Under the pieces are notes generated by a model that did not search any database, was not told the origin of the DNA, and worked only from the letters and a program-made list of their open reading frames with translations. Of a stretch of DNA of 64,000 bases, positions 60,457-64,000 are shown one piece after another. The stretch's first letter is position 1, and every line of letters begins with the position of its first letter. The stretch is from positions 96,001 through 160,000 of the forward strand of contig CAWCPV010000014.1 in the NCBI GenBank assembly GCA_963797555.1, given 5' to 3'. The position numbers and the translations under genes were made by a program. This DNA comes from an uncultured Gammaproteobacteria bacterium (GTDB lineage Bacteria; Pseudomonadota; Gammaproteobacteria; CAWCPV01).

Positions 60457-61402
60457 ATGATATCTGTTAGCTCGCCGAGGACCGAGGTGCGGATCATCGC
60501 AGCGGGTCTTGAGTTTCCCGAGGGTCCGGTCGCACTGGCGGACGGGTCCGTCCTGGTGACCGAAATCGCTGCAGGCACGCTCGCGAGAGTGTCGCCGAAC
60601 GGTCGTATCGAGCGCATCGCGTATCTCGGCGGTGGACCGAATGGTGCGGCCATCGGGCCCGACGGGGCGGTCTATGTCTGCAACAATGGCGGCAGCTTCT
60701 CGTTCCACCGTCAGGACGGCCTGCTCGTCTTTGGACTCGTGGCACCACCGACCTATTCGGGAGGTAGTGATCGACCGGGTCGATCTTTCGACAGGCGAGG
60801 TCAGCATCCTTTACCGCGCGTGCGGAGATCGTCCGCTGCGCGGTCCCAACGACCTGGTCTTCGACGATACGGGTGGCTTCTGGTTCACCGACCACGGTAT
60901 TCGCACCGAGCGGTCGAGCGATCGCACAGGGGTCTTCTACGCCCAACCCGACGGTTCCAGCATCACCGAGAAGATCTTCCCGCTCGACAGCCCGAACGGC
61001 ATTGCCCTGTCGCCGGACGGCAGCCGTCTCTATGTGGCCGAGACCCAGGTCGGGCGGATCTGGTATTGGGACCTTGATGCTCCCGGCAAGATCGCCACCA
61101 GTGCGGATGGCGAGTTTCACCGGGGAAAGCTTCTCTACGGTGCGCCGGGCTACGCGCTCTTCGATTCGATGAAAGTCGACGGCGATGGATGGATTTGTCA
61201 GGCGACGCTGATCGACGGCGGCATCACGCAGATCTCCCCGGACGGACGAACGGTCGAAACCCTGCCTCTGTCGGACCCGATGATCACCAATCTTTGCTTC
61301 GGTGGCCCCGATCGTCGCACGGCGTTCATCACGTGCTCGGGCACGGGGCATCTTATCGCGGTTGACTGGCCGCGACCTGGCGGGCGGCTGGCATTCCCCT
61401 GA
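60457..61402 (+). CDS. SMP-30/gluconolactonase/LRE family protein (frameshift near 60765)
   Basis: FPEGP, GPNGAA, GPNDLVF, SPNGIALSPDG, FDSMKVD, TNLCFGG. Confidence 0.9.
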
Positions 61403-61450
61403 CTGCCGGTCGCGAGAAAGTAGCACTTCGGCATTCGAGGTGACGATCCG

Positions 61451-63165
61451 ATGCGAACAGCAGACTATATAGTCTCCGCCATCCGCGACCAGGGGGTGAC
61501 CCACTGTTTCATCGATCTCGGCGGCCTGAACGACAACTTCATGCCGGCGTTGTCCGGAACCAAGGGCATCAGGACGATCGTCGCCGCGTTCGAGGGCGGT
61601 GCGGCCTATATGGCCGACGGCTACGCACGGGCCTCCGGCGGTCTCGGCGTGTGCTTCGGAATCGGCGGGCCGGGCGTTCTCAACATGACCACCGCGCTCG
61701 CCGCGGCAAGGGCGGACCGCACCCCGCTCCTTGCGATCAGCGGCGAGGTGGCACGATCGTGGGAAGGGCATGGGCGGCTTCCAGGATGCGTCCGGCGCCG
61801 GGATCGACGATATCGACGTGCTCAAGCGCATCACCGGGTTGTCGCTATCGGTATCCTCGTGCGCGGTCGTGTCCCATCACCTCCGTCACGCGATCACGTA
61901 TGCCTTTACGCGTCGTTCGCCGGTTCACTTGTCGGTGCCGGTCGACGTGCAGAAGGCGGAGATCGATTCGGCCTGGCAGCCGGTCTCCGAATCGCTGCGA
62001 TCGGCCCCGTTTCGTCGACGAGAATGCGCTCGACCGCGCGGTCGGTCTGCTCAACGCCGCGCGGAAATCAGAAGATTATCGTGCTCGCCGGCCCCGGCGT
62101 GTTGCACGCGCACGGAATCGACGCGCTGCGCGCTTTCGCCGAACGCTTCGATATTCCCGGTCGCAACCACGTTGTCGGGGAAAGGGTTGATCCCCGAAAG
62201 TCATCCGCTCGCGCTCGGCGTGTTCGGTTATGGCGGCTCGCGCTGGGCGATCGACGCGATCCGCTCGGACGAGACGGACATGCTGCTCGTCATCGGCTCC
62301 GGACTGTCCCAACGCGACACGATGCAATGGGACCCGAAGATGCTGCCCTCGAAGGCGCTGATCCAGATCGACGCCGACCCGCTGATCATCGGCCGCACCT
62401 GGGCCGGCGAAGTGGCGGTGGTGGGGAATGCCGGTGAAGCGCTGCAACGCCTGGCGGCCATCAAGGACGCCGCGGGGCTCGAGGCCGGGCGCGCGCAACG
62501 CCAAGCGTTCCTCGCGCAGATCCGCGCCCAAGGGCCATGCCAATACCGGCCGGAAGACACCAAGAGCGACGCCGTACCCATGCACCCGGCGCGGGGTCGT
62601 GGCGGAACTGCGAGCCGCCTTTCCCGACGACGGTGTGTTGTGCGTGGACTCGGGCGCACACCGGGCGTGGTTTGCCGAGTATTGGGATGTTCGCGAGCCG
62701 GGTACCCACTTCTCGCTGACCAACCTCGGCCCGATGGGCGGAGCGGTCCCGCTCGGCATCGGCGCAAAGCTAGCCCGTCCCGAGCGACCGCTGATGGTTG
62801 CCACGGGAGACGGCTGCATGCTGATGCACGGCATGGAGGTGCATACCGCGGCGCGCGAGAAGGTCCCGCTCGTCATCGCGCTGATGAATAACCAGTCCTA
62901 CGGCAACATTTACTATCGCGCTTCGAAGATGGGACCCGGCCCGGAACGGCTCACCGATATTCCCGGCATCGACTGGGTCGCCTTTGCCGGGTCGATGGGT
63001 GGCGAAGGCGAGCGCGTGGAACGGCCCGACGACATCGCCGCGGCCGTCGGCCGGGCGCTCCGCGCCACGGGTCCGTACCTGTTGGATCTCCATACCGACA
63101 AGACCTATCCCACGCCCGTAAATGTCTGGCGGGAACGCCAGCAGGAATGGGAGGACAACGACTGA
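61451..63165 (+). CDS. Thiamine-diphosphate-dependent enzyme, acetolactate synthase-like (several frameshifts)
   Basis: EGGAAYMADGYAR, GGPG, TTLSGKG, DSGAH, GDGCMLM...NN. Confidence 0.9.
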
Positions 63166-63726
63166 TGGCCAGCGTTACCCGATCCCACGGCTACACTGAA
63201 AGGTGCCGAACGCGAGCTGTTCGATCACATGGCGTCCGCACGCGCTCACGCCGAGGGCCGCACGCATCTCGGCGACGTCTACGTGCGTATGTTCAACAAT
63301 CCGGGAGTCACGGCGAAGGTGGGCGCGCTCGGCGAGCATCTACGCTTCCATGGCGTTCTGCCCGACGCCGTGCGCGAGTTGGTGATCCTGCGGTTTTCCG
63401 CCCGGCAGCGGTATGGCTACGAGTGGTCGCATCACCAGCGTCCAGCGAAGCTCGCCGGTCTCGGTCAGGACACGATCGACGCACTGACGGCCGGGCAGAT
63501 ACCCGACACTTTGCCCGACGCCTCGCAGGCGGCCATCGAGGCGGTCGACGCGGTCGTGGCCAAGCGATCGATCCCGGCGGAGGTGCAGCAGCGGTTCGTC
63601 GAGGTCCACGGCAATGCGGGCATCGTCGAGCTCGTCGCGCTTTGCGGCCTCTACGCCATCATGGGCAGTATGGTCACCGCCTTCGATATCGAGATCGAAG
63701 AAGGGTTGCCCGATCCGCCCTTGTGA
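63165..63726 (+). CDS. Carboxymuconolactone decarboxylase/AhpD-like protein (frameshift near start)
   Basis: TGATG overlap with the previous gene; RELVILR, YEWSHH, IVELVALCGLY. Confidence 0.85.
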
Positions 63727-64000
63727 CCCGCACGACCGGCCTCGGCCCGTGGACACGACCGGCAGCGAATGCCTGATCGGCGGCTCGGGGTGCGTGGTCA
63801 CGACCCAGCAGCCGGTGCTGCAGATCCCCGGCAGCGGCAACGTCTACATCGTCGACGGCTCATCGCCGAACCAAAATAACGCCTGGGTCTCGCCGTCCAT
63901 CACCCTGAGCCCCCAGCAGCGACTGCGGCGGCAACAGCCAGCGGCGGGAGCAGCCTGGGAGGAACGGTCAACGCGGGGGCCGGCGGCTCGGCCGGGGCTG

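Noticed and set aside
63780-64000. Coding-like fragment at the window end (GCVVTTQQPVLQIPGSGNVYIVDG...)
   Set aside because: No clear start or family; truncated by the window.

Overview
High-GC (roughly two-thirds by eye) proteobacterial-type window. Many single-base indels split conserved genes, so this is probably an unpolished long-read assembly, and 'frameshifted' genes may be intact in vivo. Blocks: (1) 0.1-7.3 kb, an accessory/defence-like patch with a trypsin-like protease, an FRG protein, a DUF4062-like TPR-repeat protein and RadC/JAB. (2) 7.5-27.7 kb, a putative sigma54/NtrC-controlled peptide-ligation locus: two circularly permuted ATP-grasp ligases, alpha-E proteins, three transglutaminase-like proteins and DUF2126, linked to three M14-fold hydrolases, an HPPD-like VOC protein, pckA and a sensor-less sigma54 activator. 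(3) 27.7-49 kb, a copper/redox island: DUF2946-RAPP leader with a TonB receptor and ExbBD-TonB, CopCD, multicopper oxidase, FKBP, cytochrome c, SCO and ApbE. (4) 49-64 kb, a mosaic of a DUF4062-like STAND-TPR gene, a VPEID-CTERM/exosortase E pair, an IS110-family element, pseudogene scraps and a lactonase/ThDP-enzyme/CMD operon. The two strongest leads are the IS110 non-coding RNA, which carries near-contiguous copies of the reconstructed target and donor sites, and the nitrogen-regulated ligase/hydrolase/PEPCK cluster with dedicated pseudo-enzymes. All family assignments come from motif recognition by eye; no database searches were run.
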